From: Bispira polyomma
Lineage: Eukaryota
Reading direction: 5' to 3'
Assembly (NCBI GenBank): GCA_965649765.1
Contig: OZ287757.1
Coordinates: 33,852,001-33,916,000 of the forward strand
DNA length: 64,000 nt
Shown: positions 52,404 to 64,000 of the stretch, piece after piece
How positions within the stretch are numbered: the first letter of the stretch is position 1
Layout of the letters: every line of letters starts with the position of its first letter
Notes under the pieces: generated by a model
What the model was told of the DNA's origin: nothing
What the model saw: only the letters and a program-made list of their open reading frames with translations
Databases searched by the model: none
Position numbers and translations under genes: made by a program

Positions 52404-53283
52404 TATATCTATAGTCCTATACCTATACAAGTTTTTGGGCAGACAGAAAGAACGGCCCGGTTATATGTATATACTTCTGTAGAAAAAAAAACCCCACCCC
52501 AGCTCTGTTTTGTGTAATACAATTGAATATGAAGTAGTCTGACAAAGGCAGGGCATGGTATGTTTTGTCTGTCATATCTCTGGAGAAATTAAGCCTGGCT
52601 TTACTGCTGTTCTTTTCTGACATAATTCCAAGGCCTCTTCTCCCAAAGAGCATAAGGGGTGTGGGGTGAGGGCTTTAGAACAAATATGTATGTGTATATT
52701 ATACTGTATAGTCTGTAATAATGGACACCCCCCCCCACACGCACTCTCTAAGTATAGGCCCACCCTCTCTGTAGAAATACAGTAAACAATTTTAAAACCC
52801 AACATACCACATTCTCATAACAGCCTGTCCCATACACTTCCTTAAAAGGGTGCATCACACTATTGCGACCTAAACTAACGATTCCAAGGCGAACTATGTG
52901 TTCTACAAACTGGAAAAGGTATGCACCAAATGGGCCTATTTTTTTTACTAAGTGTATCAACTCAACCCTACAGCAATGACACATTCGTGTTACGATTTCA
53001 CCAAACTAGTTTGAATTTAAACATTCTTAAGTTATATGGCTTCCAAATTACCTTATAAATGATGTAAGATAAAGTAGTATTATGACCTGACCAGTATTAT
53101 GAACGCCCGTCTATGCAACACCTACCAACTATGTCTGTTAGCAGGCAGTCGACACCCCCAAAAATATTATTTTTATTACTTTTGTTTCCTGCAATAGGAC
53201 ATTGTTAGTACATCAGACTCCATTATTGAATGTCAGAAGTAGGTCTGTGGTGTGTGTTTTAGTAACTTCAGCTATACCTCTTA

Positions 53284-53575
53284 GTGTATGTACACATGTA
53301 TGCGGCTCCCGACGCCAGACATCCGATTTGCGATTTTTTCTCTCATCATATTTTTTGTTTTTTTGTTCACATGTATCAGACTGCGAATTGGAACGCGCGA
53401 TCTGCGGCTACCGAATGCGAACTTTTCGCTCCAGGACCGAAAAAATTGGATGAGAATATAAAATCGCACTGTTTAAGGTGATAATTCAATAGTAAGGGGA
53501 GGGGGGGGGAGAGGGGGGACGTCGGAGGGGGGCCGTAAATTGCACTTCGCAAGCGGCATACATGTGTACATACAC
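53284..53575. mobile_element. MITE with 24-bp TIR and TTA TSD (PIF/Harbinger-like)
   Basis: TTA|GTGTATGTACACATGTATGCGGCT...AGCGGCATACATGTGTACATACAC|TTA. Confidence 0.85.
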
Positions 53576-55779
53576 TTACTTTCCAAGCAATAGTTTTCTG
53601 TTGGGGTCAAAATTTAAAAGACCTTTTTTACAGTCAGACACAGGAGTGGGGTTTTAGCTTTGTGATGGCGTGGCTCTATTAACAGTGTTACATCATCCTC
53701 TCTAAAGAGGTATACATATATATATAATGAACCCATCGACCATTAAAAGCAATTCCATTAATACCCAGCAGTGACCTTGACCTTATAGCAGATGATATAT
53801 AGCTATAGTGTGCTAGAATTGTACAGCCACCAGTGGCTGTTATTCTCCAAAGATCTGCGCTTTAATCTTAAACTTATCAAACTGATACTTATAACTCTGG
53901 AATCTCTCTATATAACTCTGGATGCAGTAAACATATCTAAAATCTAACTTCATCTTTGAATTCAGTGTTGAAAGCTCTATCAAAATGAATGGTCACAAGT
54001 ATAGGTTATTTCCGTGTTCATGTACAAGGATTTCCACATATTTCTATATTCGAGTTGAGTGTGAATTTAAGCACAAATATATTTCGAAAATACCAGGCAC
54101 CTCAAGCTCTCAACCCACAAACTTACAGTCAAAGCTGCTATAAAGTTCCCTATATATCTCTTGCTACAGTAAGGTTGAGTAAAATCTGATTGTATATTTG
54201 AATTCAGCACTAAACTCTGTATTAAAATGAATGGTCACAAGTATAGGTTTATTCCAAAAACAAGGAATTCAACATAATGAGTTATTTATGTTAGTTGAGT
54301 CTGAGATTCAGTTACTTTGAAGTATATACAGGCCCCACATGTAGACAGAGGATTACATGTTTGAATGTCAGAAATAGCCCAAAAAGTTAATTGAGTAAAA
54401 ACTATAGAAATAGGCAAGAAAGGGCTCATTATTATTGGCTCCCTCAAGGAAGTCATTTATTTTACCCATGTGTTAAGGTACTCAATATAGAGTGCATACC
54501 TATGCCAAAGAACCTAAGTGAAATATAATGCTTAGATCTGCCATACTATCAAAGACCCCCCTTGAAAAAGTACTGGATTGCATCTGGATCAGGATCCGCA
54601 TAAATATCGGAAATGGATATTGTTTGTTTCCAATTCACACCGGACAGAAAATCTGGCTGAATTATGTGAAATTTTAGGCGGCTTTGCAGGTGCTTGGTAG
54701 GGATCCGGATCCACCAAAAAGTATGAATAAAATCTGTGTAAATTTTTATATGCGGCGGATCCGGATCTGTCTTCTGTGTGAATGCCTAAACTGTTTTATT
54801 TGTGTCGAAATTATTGGGCAGTGTGAATGGACCTTTTCTCTAACACTTTCTCAGTTGCCAGCCATGAAATTTTTTTTTAAACATTTCAACATAGGCATTA
54901 GATAACACAAACAGAGACCCCCAAAATGTAGTACCCCACAACCTTGACAGCTTTTTGCTTTGCATTCATTATCACACACAACAGCACAGTGCCTTGATGG
55001 GATATATTTCCCTCTTAGTTAAAAAAAAATAATTATATAATCAGAAATTCCCCAAAGATGTAACACAATTCATCTTACTGCATTTTACACACCACCATAA
55101 TCTCCGTCATCCGCTGGCTGCGCGTTGCATTTTCTATCTCATTCTGAGCTTGTATCAACAAAGAACGAAGAAAAAGAGGAAGGGGGAGGGGGGGGAAGGG
55201 TTAGAAAAAATTGTCCTTGGATTAATTACCGAGTGCGGACTGAGAAAGCCTCTTACATCTTATAAGAGAGGGTTGAGGATGTTAAAAAAAAGAGATGGAA
55301 ATTGGATACTTAAAGGGAAGAACAGGCCTGGAGGGGGGATCATTTTATTTGGAAATGGGAAAGAAAAATGTAAAAGCCATGAAAAAGGGGCTTGGATGCA
55401 TTACAAAGTAAGGATCTACAATTTACCACAATACATCTGAAATTCGCCAACCTCAAAATTTAAGCAAAAAAACAATAAAAATTAGGCGAAATATAACTGG
55501 AATTTAGGTAAGTAAGGTAAAATATTCCCAAATATCTTAATTTCAGCAAATATTACTTCCACAAATACAACATTTTCTAGGTGGCAAATTTCAGATACCG
55601 TAACAAATTTTACATTTCTATTATTCTAGCTATAGTTGATAGAGAGACTTTAACAATAGTATATTTTAATAATTATGAGGGTTTGTTTGGTCAGTCATAT
55701 ACACTCTATCACACTTTAAGTTGAAACCTCAACTGACCGATAAAAATAAGTCTACTTAAGCAGGATTTCCACTCAACAG

Positions 55780-56030
55780 GATCCCTGTGGTTTAGTGGTT
55801 AGGGTGTTAAACAGGGTGTACCAGCCGCTAGTTTCATTTCGTGTAATAACATCCTCAGGCAAGATATGTGAACAGAAGTTTGCCTAGTGGCTCGGATGAC
55901 CACTTAAAATGGCGGTCCTATGTCTCTGAGTAATATCTCCAGTGGCAGATTAAAGATCCTTGGGGACGTTGATAAATGGTCATCCACAAGCACCTCAGCT
56001 CACATAAAAATAAATTGACTTACTAGAGTT
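55780..56030 (+). mobile_element. Divergent tRNA-headed SINE (third type)
   Basis: GTGGTTTAGTGGTTAGGG A-box head, TCCTCAGGCAAGAT...TTAAAATGGCGGTCCTATGTCT core. Confidence 0.5.
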
Positions 56031-58349
56031 CTTGTTAAATGTGTTTTGACTGAAGCAGTGTACAAGCTCCTAACACGTAACACAGCTTATTATAAATCCG
56101 AGATACACATTGCACTTCAGTACTGATAAAGTAAAACTGACCACTACAGTCCTAAACCCAAACTAAGATGCAACACTTAAATTTAGGGTTTAAAACCCTA
56201 TATTTGAGTACAGTAGGACCTCTATTATCCATACTTCTATTATCCAAATGTTTACCTCCATGAACTCATTCCCACTCTCTAAAATGTATACTTTTCTGGT
56301 GTTTTATACTATAATAGCTCTTCTATTATATGGACCTTCTATTATCCGAAAACAAAATCTAGCTTTCTCTCAAAATGTTTGGATAATAGAGGTTCTAATG
56401 TATATATATATATATATATATTCATCTACTGTATATATACTCAAATTTAAACATAATCCCAATAATAAAATATTAAAGAAAAATACATGTATCAATGCGG
56501 GATACACAATATCAGTTTAAGGCTGACTTTGAGCTTAACTTTGAGATTTTCTTCTATATCTTTGGGTGGTATATGTAATGGGAATTGATATGGCTGACAA
56601 TACACTAAAAAGGATGAGCTATTCAAAAGGCATTCCCCCAGTTATGACTAAAGTATGTAAATCAAACGTAGGAAACAAATGTCAGTGGGTCAGGCAACAA
56701 TTGCCTTGGTAAAGAAGAACGAGGCTTGTAATTCTGGTACACACTGAGGTTTGTCATGGAGTAATACAAATAAACTAGCAAATTCTGTGCAATAAAATAC
56801 AAAGAAACTTCTACAATAGAACCTCTATTATCCAAACTTCTATTATCCAAACCTCTATTATCCAAAACTAATCTATTATCCGAAAATATTTCATTTTTTT
56901 ATAAAGAAATTTCTACTCAAATTGGTATTTTCCCAGTGTTTTATACAGAAATACCTGTTCTATTTCACAAACCTTCTATTAGCAGAAACAAAATCTAACT
57001 CTCCTAACATGTATGGATAATAGAGATTCTACTGTTTAAATGGGAAAGTGGTCTTTATGGAAATGTGGTCCCATAATAAAAATGTTCATGAAGTTATTAA
57101 GTCCTATCCTCACAGTGGCAGGTCAAAGAATATTGGGGACTTGATGAACGAACATCCTCAAGCCTATCAGCGTGACTCACATGGGAAACAGATATTTCTA
57201 AATCAATGCAACCAATAAAATGGCCGTCGGCTGATCCTCAGAAAAAAATCATCTAGATGGAAACATCCACTAACAAAGGTTAATGCTGGACTTTAAATAA
57301 CGCATCTCTTGCTGTTAAAGGCATTCTATTCTATCTAAATCTCCCATCCCACTATAAAAGAGGGAACAATATACAAGCAGATGATATTTAAAAGCACCTA
57401 CAACATCATCACCACGGCAGGTAGTAGTAGTCAGTGGTGACACATAACCTTGACAACAGGATAATTAAATCAGTGACTATTTCAAATGTGCATTATTTAA
57501 GGGGAAGAAATCAATAAAATAGAAATGAAGGCCCATCTACCCATAATTTCTTTTTTCTCTTTTTTGTCACAAAACCCCACTTCAGAAACGGTTCCTCAAG
57601 CCATTATTTTCCTCTTCTAATGCAAATTACCTGTGCGTAGATATGTATGTATTTATCCGATAATCTGCAACTACTGAAAGATATCTATATATATGTACCT
57701 ACAAGAAATCATTATATAATATTCATTTTGTGGGGAAAACAATTAAATAAATTTATATCTCTAAATGTGCGGACAGAACCCAAAAACACTAACACAATTG
57801 TAGAGGAATCTGATACAAACTGTAGTATATTGTGCACTTTAAGTCAAAACTTAATCGCAGCAATATCATCAGCAAAAAGCCAAAAAAGGAAACAGTAGAA
57901 GGAGATTGTGAAGAGAAGACAGATGGATTTATAGTTGATGGATTGAGGGGTTTTATGTTAAGTGTAGTAAGAGGCCTGGATGATACAGTATTGATTGTCT
58001 ATAGATTTGTTATTAGGTATTAATCTAAGCATCAGCCAAAAAAAAATGATTGCACCTCTCCCGCCACACAGAACATGGAATCAAGGACATCAAATTAACC
58101 CCCTTGACAAAACACACTGGTGGTAGTGAGGGCGGCGTTGGGGCCTTAAAAGTTTTTTAAGACTACAGCATACAGCTTAAACTGGGAAATAAAACTCAAG
58201 CTTAGATTACTATTAAATGTATCAGAAAATATACAGTAGAACCTCTATTATCCAAATAAAATCTTGCTATCTCTTAAACCTGTTTAGACAATAGGACATG
58301 CATTAGGGCAAAATCAACCACAAAAGGTTTTGTTTGAGGCATTTTAGTA

Positions 58350-58513
58350 CAGTTGAACCCTATTAGGTCGAATCTGAAAAGTTGTTCTACTCAACAGGAA
58401 TTCTACTTAATAGGGTACATTTTAATTATAAATATAGCAATAGGACCTTTAAATTATTTCTACTCAACAGGTAATTCTACTTATCAGAGTTCTACTTAAA
58501 GGGGGTTTGACTG
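58350..58513. mobile_element. MITE B nested in a MITE A copy (about 58234-58575)
   Basis: TA TSD; removing it restores the MITE A internal sequence GGCATTTTAGTA|TAAAACAATAG seen intact at 52311-52333. Confidence 0.85.
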
Positions 58514-60287
58514 TATATAAAACAATAGACAAATATTCAGTGAATAATAAGCTTTGGATAATAGAGGTTCTACATGTATAAGGACTGGTGATAGATATTT
58601 TATGGTGAGTTCAAAATATGGAATTAACATTTAAAACCAATACGCTTGCTATAATATTGACATAAAAAGGCCTCAAATTTAAGTTGACAATAAGTTTGAG
58701 GTAAAAAGTTTTTTGGGTTCCCCAGAATAAATGTTCCCCAAAGACAAAAGGGAATGGTACAAATTAAATACAACCCCTTAAACAGTACAGGGGGCAAGTA
58801 TTTGTAGTTGTTTTAAACGTTCTCAGAGAGGAAAAACAATCAATCCATTAACTTTGATGAGATACAGTAAACCTTATATTATCTAATGTTTGGATAATAG
58901 AAGGTTCACTAAATAAAAGAGACATTTTAGTATGAATTAATAGAAAATGGTAAATGACTTTTTACTCTTCTAAATTTATAATTTCACTATTTCTTTATAC
59001 TAAAATGACTCTTTTATTTCATGAACCTTCTAATATCTGAACAAAATCTTGCTCTATTATTTCAAAACCTTCTGTTTTGTCCCAACATGTTCAGATAATA
59101 GAGGTCCTACAGTAATTTGTTATTACACTTACGTGTATTGTGTAAATGGACAAGAATGTTATTTAATTAACGCCCCTTAATTAATACACCTCAAAAACAC
59201 ACCATTTTGCCTCAAGGTCCAATACAAGAGATAAAATAGAGCTGATATTAACTTAAAACGAAAAAAATATGGTTGAACTAAAAAATTAAAATCATTTGAT
59301 GGCAATTTTTCATAGACATATATACCCTGGAACATACAAAAGTACCGAACAACCTTAAAAGCGGCTTTTTAGTATTTAGCTTTTTAATGTGATTTACTAT
59401 TCTCCATAAAACTGTCATAATGTGTTTGTTTAAAACTGTTTTTAAAAACAAATTTTACTGCATATACTCAGTGCTTATACAGCAAAATATGACAGTTTTA
59501 TATACCCAAAACTGGCCACGAAGGAGGGTATATCATTTTAATGTGTCTGTGACGATAAAACCGTTAGCTTGGAGGGACAGTTTTTATAGGAAGGGTTAAT
59601 GAAGGACCTTTTGCAGTTAACTGTATATAGTCCCCTATGTAGTTAAGAGGACCTGCTATGTCTGTTTTTTTATCAGGCACTGCCTGATATTGTTTTCACT
59701 CTGATAAGGGCAAGGTCATCTTTGAAAAGGGTGTCACCATCTTAGAAATAATATGTAAGGCCTTAATGGATTTTGTTGGAAATTTAATTTTATAAACACA
59801 ATTTCACTTTCTCCCAATTTAAGTTTTTCTATTGTTTTGTAGTAAAATGTCTCTTTCTATTGGATGAATCTGCTATTTGTTCAAAACATAAACCTGCTCT
59901 TCCGACATGTTTGGATAATAGAGGTTTACTGTACTTGTATATCACTGTAAAGAAGGCATATTTCTATAGAACTTTCACCATCCTTATCTGTCAAAAATCG
60001 GTCCTTGATCGATTTTTAATGGAGAAGTGCAATAATATATATATATATGTACACTGGAACCTCTATTATCAGAACTTCTATTATCGGGACTTCTATTATC
60101 AGAATATTCCATTTTATAAACTTAGTTTCACTCTCCCAAATTCAAATTTTCTCATTGTATTGTACAGCATTGCCAAGCTTTTATTTTCCGAACAAAATCT
60201 TCCTCTTCGAAAAATTGTTGGGATAATATTTGAGGTTTTACTGTATATAAGGAACAATTTTACGTATACGGATGATGCTTACGCATA

Positions 60288-60485
60288 TGTCACAGGCTAA
60301 ATTGAAATAGGCAAGATCCAAATTTTAATCCCGCCTAGGCAGATTCAAAATTTCAATTTGGTCTAGGTAGAATTTAAATCCGCCTAGGCGAGATTAAAAT
60401 TTTGATTATGCCTAGGCGAGATTAGAATTTTAATCTCGCCTAGGCGGTTTTAAAATCCGCCTGAATTTTAATTTGGCCTGTGACA
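60288..60485. mobile_element. MITE built from palindromic CGCCTAGGCG subrepeats
   Basis: TIR TGTCACAGGC(T/C)AAATT; about 5 internal 29-30-bp units containing (C)GCCTAGGC(G). Confidence 0.75.
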
Positions 60486-61612
60486 CACATATGGAAACAT
60501 ACCATTCGAAGAGTTCTAGTTTTAAAGGGGTTTAACTGTAGTAGAACACTAGAGGGACTTATTCTCTGTCTAATAACATTACAATTTAAGCAACAGACAA
60601 TGAATAAAGACCTTACATTTGTAAAAAGAGACATCAGTATGTATTTGGTATTCATAAGATTTAAATAGGATAATAACTTCCCATGTAAAAGTGATTTACT
60701 TAATTTGAAACGGATCCTGGAACATTTAAAAATATTGTCACGAAAACATATTGCTAAAGCCCTCTGAACAATTAGTTATATATTCCCCCCAAAAAAAACA
60801 AAAAATATTCTGAAACTGACCTACAAAACTCTATTATTAGATTAAATGCACCTATAGAAGAAAAATACTTGTATTTCAGAGAAAGTACAAAAACAAAACA
60901 TAAAAACAATTTACCCGATGCTATAAATGCAATAACAAGGAAAAATAGATTCTGCTATCTAGCAAAAGTGGAGTGATTCGTTGGAAATACTAAATATTAA
61001 GATGTTACCAAATCCTATCCAGGGGTAGATTTTTTTTATTTTTCAGAACTACAAAAAAATAGAAATGTAACTCAATCCACCATAATTTTACTATTTTTCT
61101 GCTGCTGTGACAAATACAGAAGAAATTCCACCCCCCACCTCACCCCCTTCTACAATGTATACCCCCCTCCCCTCTTGTTTGTAGCTGATAGCCTTGGTTA
61201 TGGCTTCAGTTCCCCATATCATAGTGTATGCCTTTATTTATTTATTTATTTTAGGTGCAACGTCATTTTCACCACAGGCATGTCATTTGTGGAGAAAATC
61301 AAACCACCAACCTTTAGCAAGTCTACTGGCAACTTTTTTCCCACATATATCACTAGGGATGAAATTCAAACCCATAATTGAAGAGGTGGGAAGCAACTGT
61401 GCGTTACCAACTTACCACTACTCCACGTATGCCTCCCACACCCCCTCTCTTATTAATCTATTTAGAATTTTAGTCCTACATTTAATTTATAAGGCACATC
61501 AAAACTAGGACATCCAGTAGAGAAAAAAACAAACTAACAAAAGGACAGAGGCAACAAACATAATCTCCTTGGCAAAAGTAATAATGAAATTCTAGCTGTC
61601 ATTATCTAAATA

Positions 61613-61782
61613 CAGTAGAACCTCTATTATCTGAATATTCAATTTTACGGACTCAATTTTACTCTTCGAAACTTATTTTTTGCTATGTTTTATAATAAAA
61701 TGCAATTTCTATTTTACGGACCTTCTATTATTCAAACAAATTCTCACTCTCCCGAGATGTCCGTAAAATAGAGGTTCTACTG
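61613..61782. mobile_element. MITE family A
   Basis: TA|CAGTAGAACCTCTATT...AATAGAGGTTCTACTG|TA. Confidence 0.9.
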
Positions 61783-62019
61783 TATCTGTGGTCCAAATTT
61801 GAACAAGATTTCTTCCTATTTGCCTATAAATTTGGCAGTTTTTGTGTAACCCAAATGAACAAACAAACCAATGGACACAGACAAAGAGATAATCTCCTAT
61901 GATGGAGGTAATACATGTAAAACCTGTGTTATCTGAACACACATTGGAAGAACAAAGATCTTGCTGGTATAATAGAAGGTTCATAAAATAGAAGAGACAT
62001 TTCTGTTATAAAACTTGTG

Positions 62020-62508
62020 TAACAATAAAATTTGGGAGAGTTGAAAATTAGTTCCTAAAATTTAATATTTAGATGAGAGAAGTTTGGATAATACAGGAGG
62101 TTGTTTTACTGTAACTTATCATAGTTAAGTGCAGTATCTATTTCTAATTATATATACTGTCCCACCATTTCTAAACAACTGATTTCTCTAATAAAACATA
62201 GGTTTAGGGAGCGTTAAAAATGATTTCATCAAATTTAATATTCAGATTGAGAGAAGTTTGGATAATGGAAGTTCTACTATAACTTTGGTGCAGTGTCTAT
62301 ATCAAAATATCAATGGTACCACCATCTCTAAACTAGTGATTTATCCAACAAAACATAAATTTGGGGAGCGTTGAAAATGAGTTCATAAAATTGAATATTC
62401 GCGGGACAGAAGTTTGGATAATGGGGGTGGTTCTACAGTCAACTTAAGTGTAGCATCTATATCTAAATATACATGGTCTGTCCCTCCATCTCTAAACTAC
62501 TGATTTTA
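62020..62508. repeat. Tandem triplication (about 160 bp) of a MITE-A right half plus flank
   Basis: GGGAG(A/C)GTT(G/A)AAAAT...GAAGTTTGGATAAT...GTGCAGT...CCATCTCTAAAC...TGATTT x3. Confidence 0.8.
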
Positions 62509-62814
62509 TATGCACAGTGTCCCTCCCTCCTATCTCCCCTACTACCCCCCCCCCCCCCGCTCCTCCCCTCAAGGAGATATCATAACTCCACTATTATTAC
62601 AGCCAATTTATTTCTTACTTAATGGAAACATGATACATTGACCAGAAACCATTTCATGAGGATTTACTTCCTCGCAGACAAAGCCCTTAAGGAACGTTCC
62701 GCTGTGAGTTTAAATCAAAGCAGCGGTTATTTAACCTTTAAAGCAGATACATATATGTCCTTTGACATCTCTAAGCTAGCCTTGCACCGGGTCTACAGTT
62801 AAATACAAATAACA

Positions 62815-63250
62815 CAATCTAATCTGATCAATTTTGTAATGGCGTTTAACCTCTGTACTATACTCCGCTACTAGGATTCTAAGACGCAACAACCAAAATG
62901 ATTGTTCAGTAGTCGTGATGTGGTGGACAAAAAAAAAAGTGTCATTACCAGAGAGGGAGTCGGTGATGGTAAGACCGTGTCAGGTAGGATCAGCTTTTTG
63001 ATAGAGATAGGTCTTAAGCTTACTTCTGAAGGTTAAAGGAGAAAGGAAGCATCTAATATCTTACAACATATAAGAAATTGTGATTGAAGTGAACTTTTGA
63101 TTGATGTGTGCGGCGATCAAAGGTAGGAACATTGAGGAACAATTTGTTAGGATTACCACGACTGGGGTATTGACTTGCTGAGAGTAAGGGGTGAGATGAT
63201 ATGGGCTGAGGTATTTTGTGAGACATGTTTTGACACATTTCCTTAATCAT
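62815..63250 (-). mobile_element. L2-like LINE 3' fragment; sister copy at about 35370-35560
   Basis: LKTYLYQKADPT C-terminus; the tail GTGATGGTAAGAC(C/T)GTGTCAGGTAGGAT occurs at both loci. Confidence 0.7.
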
Positions 63251-64000
63251 ACCTAGGCCTCATTTACACATACAGATGGCCATCCTGGATGTTTCAGCAA
63301 ATATTTCAGTTAAGTAAAGATTAGTATCGCCATCACAAATATTTTAAACTGTTCAAATATAGCATACTGCAATCCGTGGCGACTTAGTGGTGGGGGGGGG
63401 GGGCGTTAAATTGGGATTTGTTTGCAAACATTTATTTTTAAGAAAACTCTGTAATAGCTCATTGTGATTTGTTTCACCTTAGTGACAGCCCATCCTACTT
63501 AGTCTGTGTAAGTGATACATTGGCCACAGAATAGTGGCGGTGTTACCCTGAAGTATGTCAGCCTGGGGCATCAAAAATGAATATTCAAATGACAAAAGTT
63601 ACAGTCCCGCAAGCATCTTATATTTTCTTTTTGTAAATCGACCCTATTTATTGGTAATTCTGCCTAAGCGGAGATATTTCTGCTGGTCCCGTGAGGTTCT
63701 GTGTAAAGGGCTTTAAACTTACATCATAAAAAAAAGTTTAAGTGCAGATTTTGTAATAAACTTGTGCCTTAAGCCAGGCTAAGTATATAGACTTGATAGT
63801 CGCTATAATATCTGCTACTGCTGTTGTGGGCTCCCGTTTTTATGTAATGTCTGTGTGTAACTATATATCTCTTGCTTAGTTGCAGCGAATTTAATACACT
63901 GCAAGGGGGGCCCGCCCGGGGTAAAATACATAACAAAAAAACATTGGCTACTTGTTACAAAGCTGTTGTAAATCTTAAGGGTAGTTAATGTTTCTTTGAC

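Noticed and set aside
29368-58150. Naming the large minus-strand gene (kinesin light chain, quaking and muscleblind were considered for their alternative C-termini)
   Set aside because: No peptide here matches a family motif I can recognise; the conserved exons probably lie outside the window
59860-60300. 146-aa ORF and similar entries (5062..5427, 32206..32430, 61709..61984, 23896..24123, 13673..13858, 15716..15910)
   Set aside because: Chance frames across MITE or SINE sequence; near-identical peptides recur at each repeat copy

Overview
AT-rich, repeat-dense animal genomic DNA. The spliceosomal introns, tRNA-headed SINEs, L2/CR1-type LINE relics and many MITEs suggest a marine invertebrate such as a mollusc; that is inference, not an identification. 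The one gene I can fully reconstruct is missed by the ORF track: a minus-strand selenoprotein T (SELENOT) gene with five coding exons (18751-18588, 16264-16134, 15687-15581, 14931-14844, 13236-13136). It encodes 196 aa with a CYSU redox motif, where U is an in-frame TGA at 16257-16255. Two recoding RNA structures are visible: a type II SECIS in a separate non-coding last exon (about 12286-12362) and an SRE-like hairpin starting after a 7-nt spacer 3' of the UGA (16247-16215). To the right (29 kb to the window end) is what looks like the 3' end of an unidentified large minus-strand gene. It has a candidate terminal exon (acceptor at 29484) with two open frames, and candidate 11-, 3- and 17-nt microexons plus other short exons that could switch its C-terminus. 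To the left are orphan minus-strand exon-like segments (10192-10166, 1909-1887), raising the possibility that SELENOT is nested in a same-strand gene or has a SECIS-less alternative 3' end. The rest is intronic or intergenic: decayed LINEs, SINEs, several MITE families (some nested) and local tandem duplications. Most ORF-track entries are spurious or TE-derived.
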